Shown here piece by piece: positions 28,501 through 40,484 of a DNA stretch of 64,000 nt (position 1 is its first letter; every line of letters begins with the position of its first letter). The position numbers and the translations under genes are program-made. Source of the stretch: Nitrosopumilaceae archaeon. GTDB lineage: Archaea > Thermoproteota > Nitrososphaeria > Nitrososphaerales > Nitrosopumilaceae. The notes under the pieces were generated by a model that saw nothing but the letters and a program-made list of their open reading frames with translations, searched no databases and was not told where the DNA came from. The DNA is taken from NCBI GenBank assembly GCA_965207375.1, contig CBDBMG010000001.1, forward strand, positions 160,001 to 224,000. The letters run 5' to 3'.

Positions 28501-29343
28501 AATGTACACTGGACTTTCAAATACAGGTGGTAACTGTAACAAATCACCAAACACCAGTATATTTTTGCAACCAAACCAACCATTTTCCATTTCTTCTGTT
28601 TGAAATATCTCAGTCAATCGGAGATGTATATATAGCAAAGTAACATGACTAACCATTGAGATCTCATCTATTATGAGCAATATCAAATTATGCAGACGTT
28701 GCCTAACAATTTTGAGGCTGTCATCTGATAGTGGACGATACTGTGGAGTTTTACCATGCTCCACAGGTAACTGCAATAACCGATGAATGGTTAGGCCGTT
28801 TATGTTGAATGCAGCAATTCCTGTTGGAGCAGTGACTGCAACATGTTTGTCAGTTGCTGAGCAAACCCATGCTTTGATTGTCTTAATTAGATAACTCTTG
28901 CCAGTACCACCACATCCACTGATGAACATTCGCAATGGCTCTGTATTGTCAGCTTGTGATGTCAGGCACTGGGCGTGCACACTGTTTCTAACTGTGTCAA
29001 ATACCCTCAACTGATCTTTATTTAAATTTTCTATCATTGTATTAACATCAGTGTCGTCATGATCTATCAAAGCAGCTTCAAAATCTGCTATAGCTTCCTT
29101 AGCCTCTGAAACCCCATGCAGTAATGGATCATTTTCATGTGCCTCTTTGTTGGAATTTTGTTCTTCAATCTCCATCTGAGTACGACACTTGTCTATTTCC
29201 ATCCTAATGGTCTTGTCTTTGCCTTGATATTGCTGTAAGCGATTGTGGTAATTTACAGCATCTGCAGATTCAGCTGTGAAGGAATAAAATGCTTCGGCAT
29301 ATGTTTCACAATCACACAATAGACTTTCACAGTCCCTCCACAA
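25530..29343 (-). pseudogene. Helitron-type PIF1 (SF1B) helicase fused to two tandem USP/peptidase C19 domains; 5'-truncated (no Rep), 2 stops and 2 frameshifts
   Basis: Helicase motifs GCGGTGKS, APTGIAA, TIHRLL, IIDEISM, FGDLLQLPPV, NMRQ, TIHKSQGLT and GQAYVALSRV. USP-A: GFVNTDGVSSYANSVMQCL, CTHC/CDVC, CHYFAI...W...QD, LILFY. USP-B: GFTNNDCVSCYANSILQCL, QQDAAEFL (shifted frame), CSNC/CSTC, HHG...SGHYTSY...WTLVND, YILFY. In-frame stops at 27148-50 and 27043-45; frameshifts near 26212 and 26068. Confidence 0.9.
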
Positions 29344-29428
29344 TTATTGGATTTTGATTATCAGGCAAATAAAATGGGCTGGTCTGGTCAAAGATAATTT
29401 TATGCACGTACCATACCATATTCTACAG

Positions 29429-29634
29429 GAGCACTATGCAGATGCTCTTATCTGTAATGGATCCTGAGGGTGTTAGAAGAAGATGATAAAACCGGCTAGT
29501 CCGACGAGTTTATCAAAACAAAGTAGGAGCTTCATAATACAACACAATTCAATTTAAAAATTGCTATAGGGTCAAGATTTTGTCTGACATTTAGATGGTT
29601 ATGATAAACTCAAGCCTTATGGTTTTGCATTTCA
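29429..29634 (+). pseudogene. Degenerate IS3EU-like / integrase-core DDE transposase fragment with an intron
   Basis: MDPEGVRRR**NRLVRRVYQNK | intron 29523-29569 | GQDFV*HLDGYDKLKPYGFAFH, matching the WHxDGxDKLKPYGF motif. Confidence 0.8.
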
Positions 29635-30559
29635 TTATTGATTAACCATAAGGCATTTATGAGATCGTCCACCTACTGTTGCCGTCAACGACAGTTCCTC
29701 TAATCAGGAGGCTCTGGCCATTAAAGATAAGGCTTCTGCCAAATTGGCTAATGTTGACATAACAGTCTACCAGTATTTGTCTTTGATGAAGAACAACCTA
29801 TTCCATTGTCCTTGGCTGCTACTGGGAATGATGACTTTATCAGAGTAACCACTAAGGATGAGAAAAGCAAAATGAAGATCAAGAGAGACAGTGTAAAGCT
29901 GAGGAAGAAGAAATTACAAAGTCAAATCATTCCACAAGGAAATCATCTAAACACCATCAACTTCAAGAACAGTCATTTCCTTTCCACAAGAAGATCAATC
30001 ATTATCTACTTGGCATGCAACAACCAACACATCATCAATGAAGGTGTTGGTCAGACTACTTATATGACTGCTGCTCATTCATCCACAATTCCCTTGGGGA
30101 TTTTCAGTTATTCCCTACAGTACTTCTAACCACAGGTAGCTAGTTAGATTGTATTTTCAATTTGGAGATGTACTTATTAAGTAGAAATTTGTAAACATAT
30201 ATAGCCAATGATTTGTGACATATAGCTACTTCTTCATGTAAATATATGTTTCTTTTATATATTTAATTCATTCAGCTTTGATAATGATGAGGCTGATGTA
30301 GTAGCAAGTGGTCGAGGGGATGGCCATGAATTTAGCAACCTCCATAGTTCATTTCCGTAGCACATGCAGCCAGGACCCTAGCAGGGATGTGATGTGGCTC
30401 ATGAAGCTGAACGTTTCCTAAATGTTATGTTTAAAATTAAAATTTATTAATGTATAATTACAATGAGTAGGCAGATAGATCAGTTGGACATATACATATA
30501 TGCATCCAGACACCTTTAATATGTTGTTTGGTTACCTATAGCTAATTCAGGATTGAATC

Positions 30560-31416
30560 CGATTGGAGTCAATTCATATATCCGGATCAGATGGGTCACT
30601 TTCTCTGGAAAGCTGTAATACTCTCTTATATAGCAGTCATAACCTCAGAAATCATGACTGTTCTATTAGAGAGTATCGATCTATTCTTGCTATAATTACG
30701 GGTCATCATTTATGCGAGAAAAGTACACATACTTTACTTGCTTTGTTAGTATCCTGCACTATTAGACAAGTGCCTGATAAAAATCCTGGTCAATAAATTA
30801 TACGGCTTATTATTCAAAGCTGATATAAGCGCGTCTTTAATTTTTCGTCGAAAATTACACCTACTTGTTTTGTTAATCATAAAATCGGCAATATTGCTCT
30901 GATTTACAAATCCTTCAAAACGGTCCACTTTTAATGTTACATTAGTGCCTAATAAAAATTTCAGAGCAATGGCACAAACAGTTTTTCCGGTAGGTGTGTC
31001 AACAAATTGGTAAAAATATTATCGACTATCGGTCATATTTTCGTCAATGTTACCTGTAATCGTACCAAATTTTATGGAGATATAGGGTTTAGGGAGTGCT
31101 AGTAGTGTACCAAATTTCATAGTATTCGCTGCACGAGAAGATTGTTTACGCACGTATTTATCGTCTGGTGCAAAGAAGAAGAAAATCCGACAAGTTTCAG
31201 GGGCTCGTATCTCAGGAACCGCTGGGGCTATTCCTCTCAAATTTAGTATGTAAGGTACTGTATATGGTGACATTAAAATATGTAGAATTAGTAGAAATAG
31301 ACGCCATAGTTTTTGAGTTATGATAGGCTGAAAACGGCTACTTGACCGGTCGCGTAAATAACACACTTGTGCTCGCGCGTCTTTCTTGGCCGCTGACACA
31401 CTACCGTGTGTCTTGA
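30560..31416 (-). mobile_element. Family-B Helitron-like terminal region (left boundary approximate)
   Basis: Ends TTTCTTGGCCGCT-GACACAC-TACC-GTGTGTC-TTGA|T, the same architecture as family A. Confidence 0.7.
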
Positions 31417-32069
31417 TCTATGAGAAATTAATCAAGTGCATTGGTCATATTTCCGGTTACTCATTAGAGACCGCAGGCAAGAGTGGAAACAATTATCAAA
31501 GTTGATCATGATTTATATTTTAGTAGTGGAAGCTACTTGAGGCTACAAAAGAATACAATATAGCCAAGTAATGTAGCTATATTCCTTGTCACTGATCTTA
31601 CACAATTGCAACCTTGACCTACATGCTCCTGAGATGCTCGGTTCTTCTTTCACAACATTATTTCACACTGTGTCTATCAACAGCAGCAGTAGTTACTACA
31701 CGCACTGGCAAGACACACAAAAATAGCTAACTGATGCACTATACAGAGACTTTCTCTTTTTATTAAGTTAGTAAAGATTATGATTTGAAATAATCCAGTT
31801 ATATGTTTTCCTCCTGATATAGCTAGCTATATCACAATCTGTCGTGGTCGAGGTCTTTCCGAGGGTCTGTCACGATAGGAGGAGCAAAGAATCATCTTGA
31901 AAAGAATGGCCACTGAGAAAGACAAAACACAAACCTCACAATCATAATTATTTATGATGTTAAAATGAAGCAATTGCATCCTTTTCCATCACCTATAACC
32001 GTAGCATAGATAATGTGTTAACATATGTAAACATCTTAACATACATAGCATATACATACTTAGTCAAGA

Positions 32070-33140
32070 ACAACATGATAGAAAGTTTCATTCCTGTGAA
32101 AGCCAACCACTATTGACGATTTTGCTGTACATGTTTACTCGGGCTCTCAAATCAATGCCATCCTGCTTGGGCCTTTGATAAGGTGCCAAATCAACACTGA
32201 TGTATCAGTTTGCAAAATTTGCCTACAATGGTATCCAAGGGACATTAGTGGACTGGGTTAAAGGCCTTTCAACTAACAGATCACAAAAAGTGACTTAAAT
32301 AATGCTAGCAGAGACCCATCCAATGTTCTCTCAGATGTGCCTCAAGGCTCGGTGTTGAGACTCATACTTTTCCTGCTTTTCATCAACAATCTATCTACCT
32401 AAACATGTCTCATCTAAGATTTATATGCTGATGATACATCACTATATAGAGTCATCCATTCACCAAATGATACAGCCATGCTTCAATAAGACCTTAAATT
32501 TTTATCACTATTAGCACACAAGTGGCACTGAAATGGTCTTCAATGCTTCTAAATGTATGCATCTCATCATCACTCACAAAGCACTCCCCTTTCCCATCTG
32601 CTCAATATTTTATCTCTAATCAAGCTATCCAACAAGCTACTAGTGCATGCCGTAATCTTTCGTGGTCTGAACATATTACAACAAAGCTAATTCTAACAGG
32701 GATTTCTCATCTTACAAAAATTTAAGTCAATGTCAACCTTCTGTGAAATCAGCTTGTTACACCACCTATGTTAGGCCTATACTTGAGTATGCTTCAGCCA
32801 TTTGGTCACCACACTTGTTATGTGACATTAACAGGATCGAATGGTACAACACCAATAAGCCAGGCTTGTATAATGATTTCTCCAGAACTTCAAGTGTTAC
32901 ATCCTCTATGCTAAGTAACTTAAATTGACCTATTTTGGAACGGCAAAGAAGGAATATTAATGTGGGAACCTTATATCCATTTCACATCAGGTGATCATCT
33001 TTCTAAATCCCCGATACTAGTACTGATCCACTCTTGGACACAATTTGAAGTTACCAGCTGACAGCCAGAACTAACACATACTCTTTCTGCCATTATGGAA
33101 TTCTTTTATCAATTTCACAGATTTGAAGATACAATAAACA
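32070..33140 (+). mobile_element. Degenerate CR1/L2-like LINE reverse transcriptase fragment
   Basis: Remnants HSCESQ, AFDKVP, VPQGSVL..LFLLFINNL, LYADD and YTTYVRPILEYASAIWSP, with many frameshifts. Confidence 0.88.
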
Positions 33141-33355
33141 CTTTAGATGCACATTATCATAGATAGTATACCCTACGTCAGTACTCACGTGCACCCTACC
33201 CGAAAACGTGATCGCTTGGCTACCCGTACACCTCTCCGTATACTAATCTTTAGCTAGTTTACAAAGTATAATATACGGAAAACAAAGGAACAGCACACTT
33301 TACTGCTGTTGTCGAGGCTGTTGTCTAATTGCAAGGAGAGTTGATCACGAGTGGC

Positions 33356-33419
33356 ATGAAGTCAACACTTTTGCTACTTTGCGCTCTACTTACTTGCTTA
33401 TTAGTGTCCAAATCAAGAG
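33356..33419 (+). CDS. Signal-peptide exon of the SRCR receptor gene
   Basis: MKSTLLLLCALLTCLLVSKSR, then a phase-1 GTAAG donor compatible with the next exon. Confidence 0.8.
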
Positions 33420-34103
33420 GTAAGACCTCGGGTGAGATTAGCCACGTATGTCATAGATTATGTGCATGGCATTACATATTAATTTTTGTCATTTTATCTC
33501 GGCGACAGCCGTTATAATCCCTTATCTACGTATACAGCCCCGGATAGCTCATGAAGGATAAGGAGTTCTGCAGGAATTGATCCGGTAGCCCCTTAAGCCA
33601 AATTCTATGGCTTGGCCGCTGGACCGTGCTCGGGCCGTACTGACTTTTTAAGGCGTCCCAAAAGTGCTCAGTTTGATATAGTTGCTTCTGGTGACGTTTG
33701 AATTCACTGACTCAGCTGTATTTTCTTTGATTCAGCGCTTATATATCGGCATCAATTTATGATGCTGCTTTGTTGCTTTTAGCTAGTTTTGTTAAAAAAT
33801 GAAAATCCAGGTGTGGCACAGCACTACATGTAAATAAGGTGACACGTGTAGCCGTGACAAACGCCATGGACGCACGTCATTAGGCAACGCGGTATTGTAC
33901 TGAGTCAAGTACTGGAATATGATGAATTTATATTATCAACCATTATAAACTCTTGATATTCAGTATGTAGCTATGATCATTGCATGAATATCAATTCAGG
34001 GCTATGATTATGGTTTGTGAACTAGATAGCTACAAATACATGTCAATTTGATCTATATAATCATTAATATATACAATATAATGATTTATATACACTCTTG
34101 TAG

Positions 34104-34296
34104 CTGCACCATCCAATGGTGATTTGAGATTTGCTGGTTACGGAGCCACAACTTTATGGGGACGACTGGAAATATATCTCAATCACAGATGGGGAACCAT
34201 ATGTGATTTACGGTTTGGCATCAGGGAAGCAGAAGTAGCTTGTAGACAAATGGGACTAGGCTATGCGGTCAACTACAGTGCAAGTCCTTACCAAAG
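34104..34296 (+). CDS. SRCR domain 1, 5' half
   Basis: NGDLRFAG...GRLEIYLNHRWGTICDLRFGIREAEVACRQMGLG. Not in the ORF track. Confidence 0.92.
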
Positions 34297-35610
34297 GTAA
34301 AACATTGGTTAGTTAAATTGCATCCATATATGGTATAATCTAGTTTATACTCAGCTACCTGCAGCTGGAGCTAATATATAATGTGGTTTATTGGTTTACA
34401 CATTGGTTCCAGTAAGTATAAACAGTAAATGTGATAATTTTAGAGTGAAATAGAAGCCTTGCATGTCATGTCATGGTTTTTAATTATCAGTACACTACAT
34501 AATAATATTAGATGCATAGCGACAAACCAATATTTTTTACGAAGTTACCAATAGTCTGATCTGTTAATAGAACAAATTGGATTTGGAAAACAGTTGCAAA
34601 TCACATATTTTTATTTAGTATATTTATCACTGCCACACAAACAATATTACATATTCGAAGATATTTCATAATACTATATGGAATTCAATGCTCAAATTAC
34701 TAAACTAGTTAAGAAATATTCTGGAAATATTTATGCATAAATAGTATTATTAAATACATGCAGGAATACACTGAATTTCATGTGTGATTTTCCAAAATCC
34801 GGTCACAATTATAGGTTGTTGGTTGTTGATTATTTTAGTGTTATCTGCATTGCATTTCATGGTAAGCATTATTAAAATTTCACTAACCCATTTTACAAAC
34901 ACATTTATTAGTTTTGAGTGTAGTAAATAGCTAAGGCTAATTGCTGATGCATGTGGGATAGGTTAAGCAGTTTACCTATTAATGCATTTATTTTGTGATG
35001 TTTGATTTTAGCCTCTAACTGATAATGTAATGTTATCTGCACCCCAAAACCCATTAAACCCATGTACATTAATTTATTAGAATCAGTGTGGTAATTTATG
35101 GAAAATCAAATTAGTATACTGTATAGATTGTTTTGATGGCATGTTCATAAAACTATATGTAGCTAATAGTAGAAGACAAATTTCACTGTTGGTCACACAA
35201 AGTGCATGCCTGCACGAAGCTCCTTAAAGCTTTCTGTAATTAAAACTTGTCATTGTGCAATACCAGTTCAGTGAACTGCTTAATTGTTACACATATAATT
35301 CTATTACTTTAAGGTATTGGATCACTGACACCAATAAATATATATTTTTACCAGTTTAGCCTGTTTGTCTGTGTTGATGGTAAGCACTTGCTTGTTAATG
35401 TTTCATAGTTCCACTGAACACTGGCCAGAAATTGATTTACCTGATGTTAACTCATTATATGGCTTTGCTTTTATAGTGATATATACACATATGGTATATA
35501 GTATGATATACTGTACAGCAGGAAAGCTTAGACAAGCAAAAGTTTGGCCTACGTACCATGATTCACTAAATTTGCCTAACTCTTCCCTTCCTGCTATGCG
35601 TATTATGTGA

Positions 35611-35718
<108 letters not shown>

Positions 35719-36360
35719 ATCATGCATATGTATGCAAGTTCTGTAATGGGTACAGGGATTAAAAACAATTGTATGTTTTGCAAGTTAGTACTTGTAAAGT
35801 GATTATTCTGACTTGTGTGCTTTAGATATCATGCATGATAAAGTATTTACTTTGAGAAAACTTAAGACACATGTGTGCAATATAAAATTATGCTATATGT
35901 ATGAATAGGCTTTAGTAAAGCCATTGGAGTGGTACGTGATCCATTAATAACCTGTGAATATACATATTGGGATGGTGATCACATGCTCCTCTAGGGAAGA
36001 TGGTGCTTGAACAGCTCACTGATTAGAGTTTGAGTTCATTTTCATAAAGTACTCAAAAGTGTCTTGTGCTTAAGCAATACTATAGCTACTTGTGTCCATT
36101 ATTTTCTGCTTTTAAATGTTTTACCATCTAAAAACCAGGGGCTGTGTAAGTCAAACCACTGTTAATCAACTGCTATTAATGACATCACAAGTAAGTCATG
36201 TGAGCAAAGATTCATTACTAAGGAACACTTAATAAATACTTTTTTTGGTTTAAACCTCCAGTACTTCAGCAATTTTAAGAAACCAGGCATGCACCTGGTT
36301 TAAAAATAATGTAATGAATAGTAGACACACATAAGAAATGAAAGGCACTAAAGTGTAATC

Positions 36361-36841
36361 TCACGTGCGCATTATTTTGGGACTTATAAAATTTTTAGAA
36401 AAGTTTTATATTGAAAAGAAAAAGGTCAATCTCGGACTCAAACTCGGTGCTCCAGATTATCAGTCAGATTGCTCTACCACTCAAGCTACGGTGCCCCACA
36501 CTGATCATAGTTGAAATTATGTATTTTAATTCTATTCAACTGTGTGAAATTGTGCTTTCTCCGGCCTACAGCTACTGCTAACACTAAAACTAACCCTAAC
36601 CCTAACCCTGGGCACCGACCCAGGCCACTAACCGTGGCAAAGCCGGCCTGGGCACCGACCCAGGCCGCTAACACCGTGGCAAAGCCGGCCTGGGCACCGA
36701 CCCAGGCCACTAACTGTGGCAAAACCGGCCTGAACAGTGGCAAAGCCGGCCTGGGCACTAACGCTCACCTCTAACCGGCTTGGATATATATAAGCTACCA
36801 AAATAATGCGCACGTGACTTTCGGTTCAATAACCACTTCCC
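36361..36841. mobile_element. TIR element with a tRNA-like segment, (TAACCC)n and ~40-bp GC-rich hairpin repeats
   Basis: TIR TCACGTGCGCATTATTTTGG; CCTGGGCACCGACCCAGG repeats; second copy at 59565-59971. Confidence 0.85.
36424..36497 (-). pseudogene. tRNA-derived sequence (GAT anticodon-like loop) inside the TIR element
   Basis: GGGGCACCGTAGCTTGAGTGGTAGAGCAATCTGACTGATAATCTGGAGCACCGAGTTTGAGTCC has A-box-like and B-box-like motifs and a CT-GAT-AA loop; the acceptor stem is imperfect. Confidence 0.65.
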
Positions 36842-37959
36842 TATTTTAATGCCCTTGGAGGGCTGGGGGAAGCAATTTATTGTTAGTCAGGCCAAGTCAG
36901 GACTGAGTTCTTACAGCATCATCTTCTTTTAGTCTAGGTACATTACAGTCACTCAAGTTGTCAAATTGATCTCATATAGCCAACGACAATAATTAATAAT
37001 ACAAGTCATGAATTCTGTTAGTTATGAACAAAGCCTGACATGTCGTAAAGGGATGTGAGTGTAGAGGTGTAGATGACTGTATCAGGGGATCCAGAAGTGT
37101 AGCCACACAGAAGGTACAGGATACTATTAGAACACCTTACATGCAGACATACCAGAATATTGTGTGTACATAGCTAGCTACCTAGTTATTAACATCAAGG
37201 ACTTGATAGTATAATTATATAGTGTTCACTAAGGAGTAGGGGGTGTGGTGGATAAAATCCCTCAGGAAGTTCAACAGTTGTTGTAGCAACTAAAATGTAT
37301 TAAATAGCTATAGCAACACAAAATCCTTATACCCACAACTAAATCGCTAGTTCTGGTTCTATACTTTGGAAGGGTGTACAAACAAGTCGTTTTCATAAAC
37401 TAGGAACTGGTCTATTGTGCTTGTTTCTTTATGTATTGTGCTATGCTGCAATGTTCAAATTATTAATTTATTATGCTCATGTAGAAGATTTGTGTGCAAT
37501 ATCTGATTGTTCAATTAGAGTATCAACACTTGTATATACGAGTTCTTCACAGTACAGTATATAGAACAAATCGTTGTTAGGATGAATGTTGTAATAGTGT
37601 ATATTGATATTTAACTACATTTTTAACCAAGCACTTGTTGTTGTGTTAGCATTATACTTGATGCTTTTAGCTACCTGTTGTGGTCAAAATTATGCTAGCA
37701 TATTTGGCTGGTTCCAACCTGAAACTGTTTTGTCAAAAACCTTGTATTCCTATTTGTTTTTCAACTGTTCAACAATTATCAAAGATGGGTCTAATTCGGA
37801 ATAAGATTGGCTAAACATCCATATTGTTATCACTTTCGTTCTTCAACTTGTGACCTAGACATCTAACTGTTTTGTTATATACCTTAACAGTACATCACAT
37901 ATGCATAAGTAGTCACCTTCATGTATATTTCAGAGTCATACACTGCTATCACTTTTAAT

Positions 37960-39382
37960 CACTGACTTCCAGCTGATCAGAGCAGTATAGTTTCATAAAA
38001 ACACAATAAACAGCTGCATTCAACATATTGTTAATTACTATAGGTGACAGTATAGATACTTACATCAGGAAACATGTGTACACTTGCAGCACATCTTCTG
38101 GTCCACTATGTACATTTAAATGCTATTGGTATAGAAATAGCTAACATGGTACCTTTGGTATAATAGCACTGGTACTGCTTTGCCTCGTATGTCATGGTTC
38201 AGTAACTCTCAAGTGGACCAAATCTGTAAAAAATGTAAAATACACATGTGCATGGTAAAGCCTGGTTTCTAAACAAAACAAATATGCATACATACTTGGT
38301 TTAGGAATATTTCAAAATTTTGGTAGATCACTCGTACCAAGTATCTATTAGCGAATTTAACTTGCATTCTAACTGCACTATTGCCTGACATTGTCATCGA
38401 ACCTGTAAAGATTCTCAATTTAAATACACACATGTAAAAAAGTCATACCTGTTTGTGGAGCTGAAGAGGTGCTGGTAGTGTACATATGTTCATGATGTAA
38501 GCATCCATATTGTCACCTGAAAGAATCCATATTGTGTTGATTAAGGTTCAATTGTTACTGTTCTGATTAAGAGATAAAGCTGGCAACTGTAAACATACTC
38601 TGAGACTCACATATAAAGAGACAGTATATGCATATTCAGAGTGACCATACAACACACCTATATATGTCTTGATTCAGGAACCATAAGCCAACTGTACGGA
38701 AAGGATTGTATAGGTCCTGCAACTACTGCTTCCCATCTAAAATGATTCATAGACTACCCATACAAGCAATAGCTACATGATGACAGACTTCTTTCAGCTA
38801 ATCAGAGCAGTCACAATTAATACCTTCATGAACATGATATAGATTTTTCCATGTGATCATATGGATGCTTACATTATGGAACATTTGTACACTGCCAGCA
38901 CATCTTAAGCTCAACAATGCACTATTTAATACTACTGGTGCAGTAAAAGCCCACATTGTACCTTCTCTTCGTGCTTCTTATTGTTACCACTTGTACAATT
39001 CTACTAATTTATCTGTGAATAAGACCTTAAAGCAGTTTGTGACACATATACATAACAAGTTTTACCATCCTGTATTTGTAAGTAAGGTTATTCACCGTAG
39101 ACTCTACATTCAGTACCTGTAGACATACTCTGAGGCTCATATTTATTAAACAGATAGTATCCATATGTATACAATTGCATTCTAACTGCACTGTTGCCTA
39201 CAATTCTCATTGAACCTGAAAAGCATCTCAATTTACATACACATGTGTAAAAAATCATATCTGTTTGTGGAACTGAAGACGTACTGGTAGTGTACATATG
39301 TTCATGATGTAAGCATTGATATTGTCACCTGAAAGAATCCATATTTTGTTGATAAAGGTTAAATTATAACTGTTCTGATTAA
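37960..39382. repeat. Diverged ~820-bp tandem repeat with internal inverted sub-units
   Basis: 38362-38592 resembles 39174-39382; 38465-38516 is the inverse of 38852-38908; the array resumes at about 42100-42280. Confidence 0.8.
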
Positions 39383-39857
39383 GGAGGCACTGTAGGGTTC
39401 GACTATGGCTTCCTGGTCAATATTCAACTCGCTCTAACCCAGCAACTATTAACTTAACAACATCTAAGACTAGTTACGATATACAAGCTGTGCTGGATCT
39501 ACAATTGACAGCAAATGGAATCTTTTAATCGTGCGCTAAACGCGAGTTACGTTTCCTAGCTTTCCCAAGGAACTACTCACGCAAAAAGCGATCGCGGACC
39601 TTGGCATCTGCGTTAAGGATTAAGTAACCTTATATCTACAAAAGAGCATTTTTATTTTGTTATTTCACTTCTTTACTTAATAGATGCAGCTCTTCTGGTT
39701 TCTCTCACGTTCATTACTCCTTCTTTGATGGGATGCCATTGCCGAACCGGTTAAGATTTTAAGAAACGGCTGCCGCACATTTATATCTAATTTATCTAGG
39801 TCTACCAGTACAAAATTTGAAGGCTGTGGACTTAAAAATACACGAATAGTTCTAATT

Positions 39858-40108
39858 TGTGACCGGATTTTGGAAACAGACCATTTTGTCACATTTGACA
39901 TTGTTTATATTTCTGTTTATTTAAGACACTCCAGATGGTACTACTGGTTTAATAAGCGGGTAAATCAATCACACACCACTTGAATTACTATTTAAGCATT
40001 GGAAATAGTTTAGAAGTTTGTACTTGTTAAAATTACAAATGCATAAACATGGAAATTCTATTTATTTCATGCGTGACAATATGGTCTGTTTTCCAAAATC
40101 CGGTCACA
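39858..40108. mobile_element. TGTGAC-family MITE nested in a larger element
   Basis: Close copy of 21570-21822, flanked by TT on both sides. Confidence 0.88.
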
Positions 40109-40484
40109 TTTTAGAAGGAGCATGTAGGATGGTATGCGCGCGGTGCAAATTAGCAAACCACAGAATTTATATTGATGGCGTAATCCGATGAATAATCGGC
40201 AAAAGTACGGAAAAGTTGTTTACCAAGTTACATGATTCGCGCAAAAGAACTCAAGGCCAAGCAGACCGACCCACAACGATAAACTGATGAAGGCTTGGAT
40301 AAAAGGTATAAAGAATTAGAATTCAACTACTGCTTGCTGTATTCAACGCCGAGGTATAAAGAATTCAACTGCTGCTTGCTGTATTCAACGCTGAGAGTAA
40401 ACTACTTGTCTATTCAGTGAATACTTTTTACTGAAGTGGTGGCTTTTATAAAAGCCGTTAATAACAAGACAAATGCCGACAAAC

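Noticed and set aside
21485-31416. One 9.9-kb TIR transposon bounded by inverted family-B ends
   Set aside because: No TSD, similarity limited to about 55 bp, and the same end type occurs singly elsewhere (2644), so independent insertions are more likely.
36590-36610. Telomere or chromosome-fusion scar
   Set aside because: Only about three TAACCC units, present at the same place in both element copies.
36486-36813. AKPAWAPTQA repeat ORFs (also 59659-59905)
   Set aside because: By-products of GC-rich tandem repeats in a TIR element.
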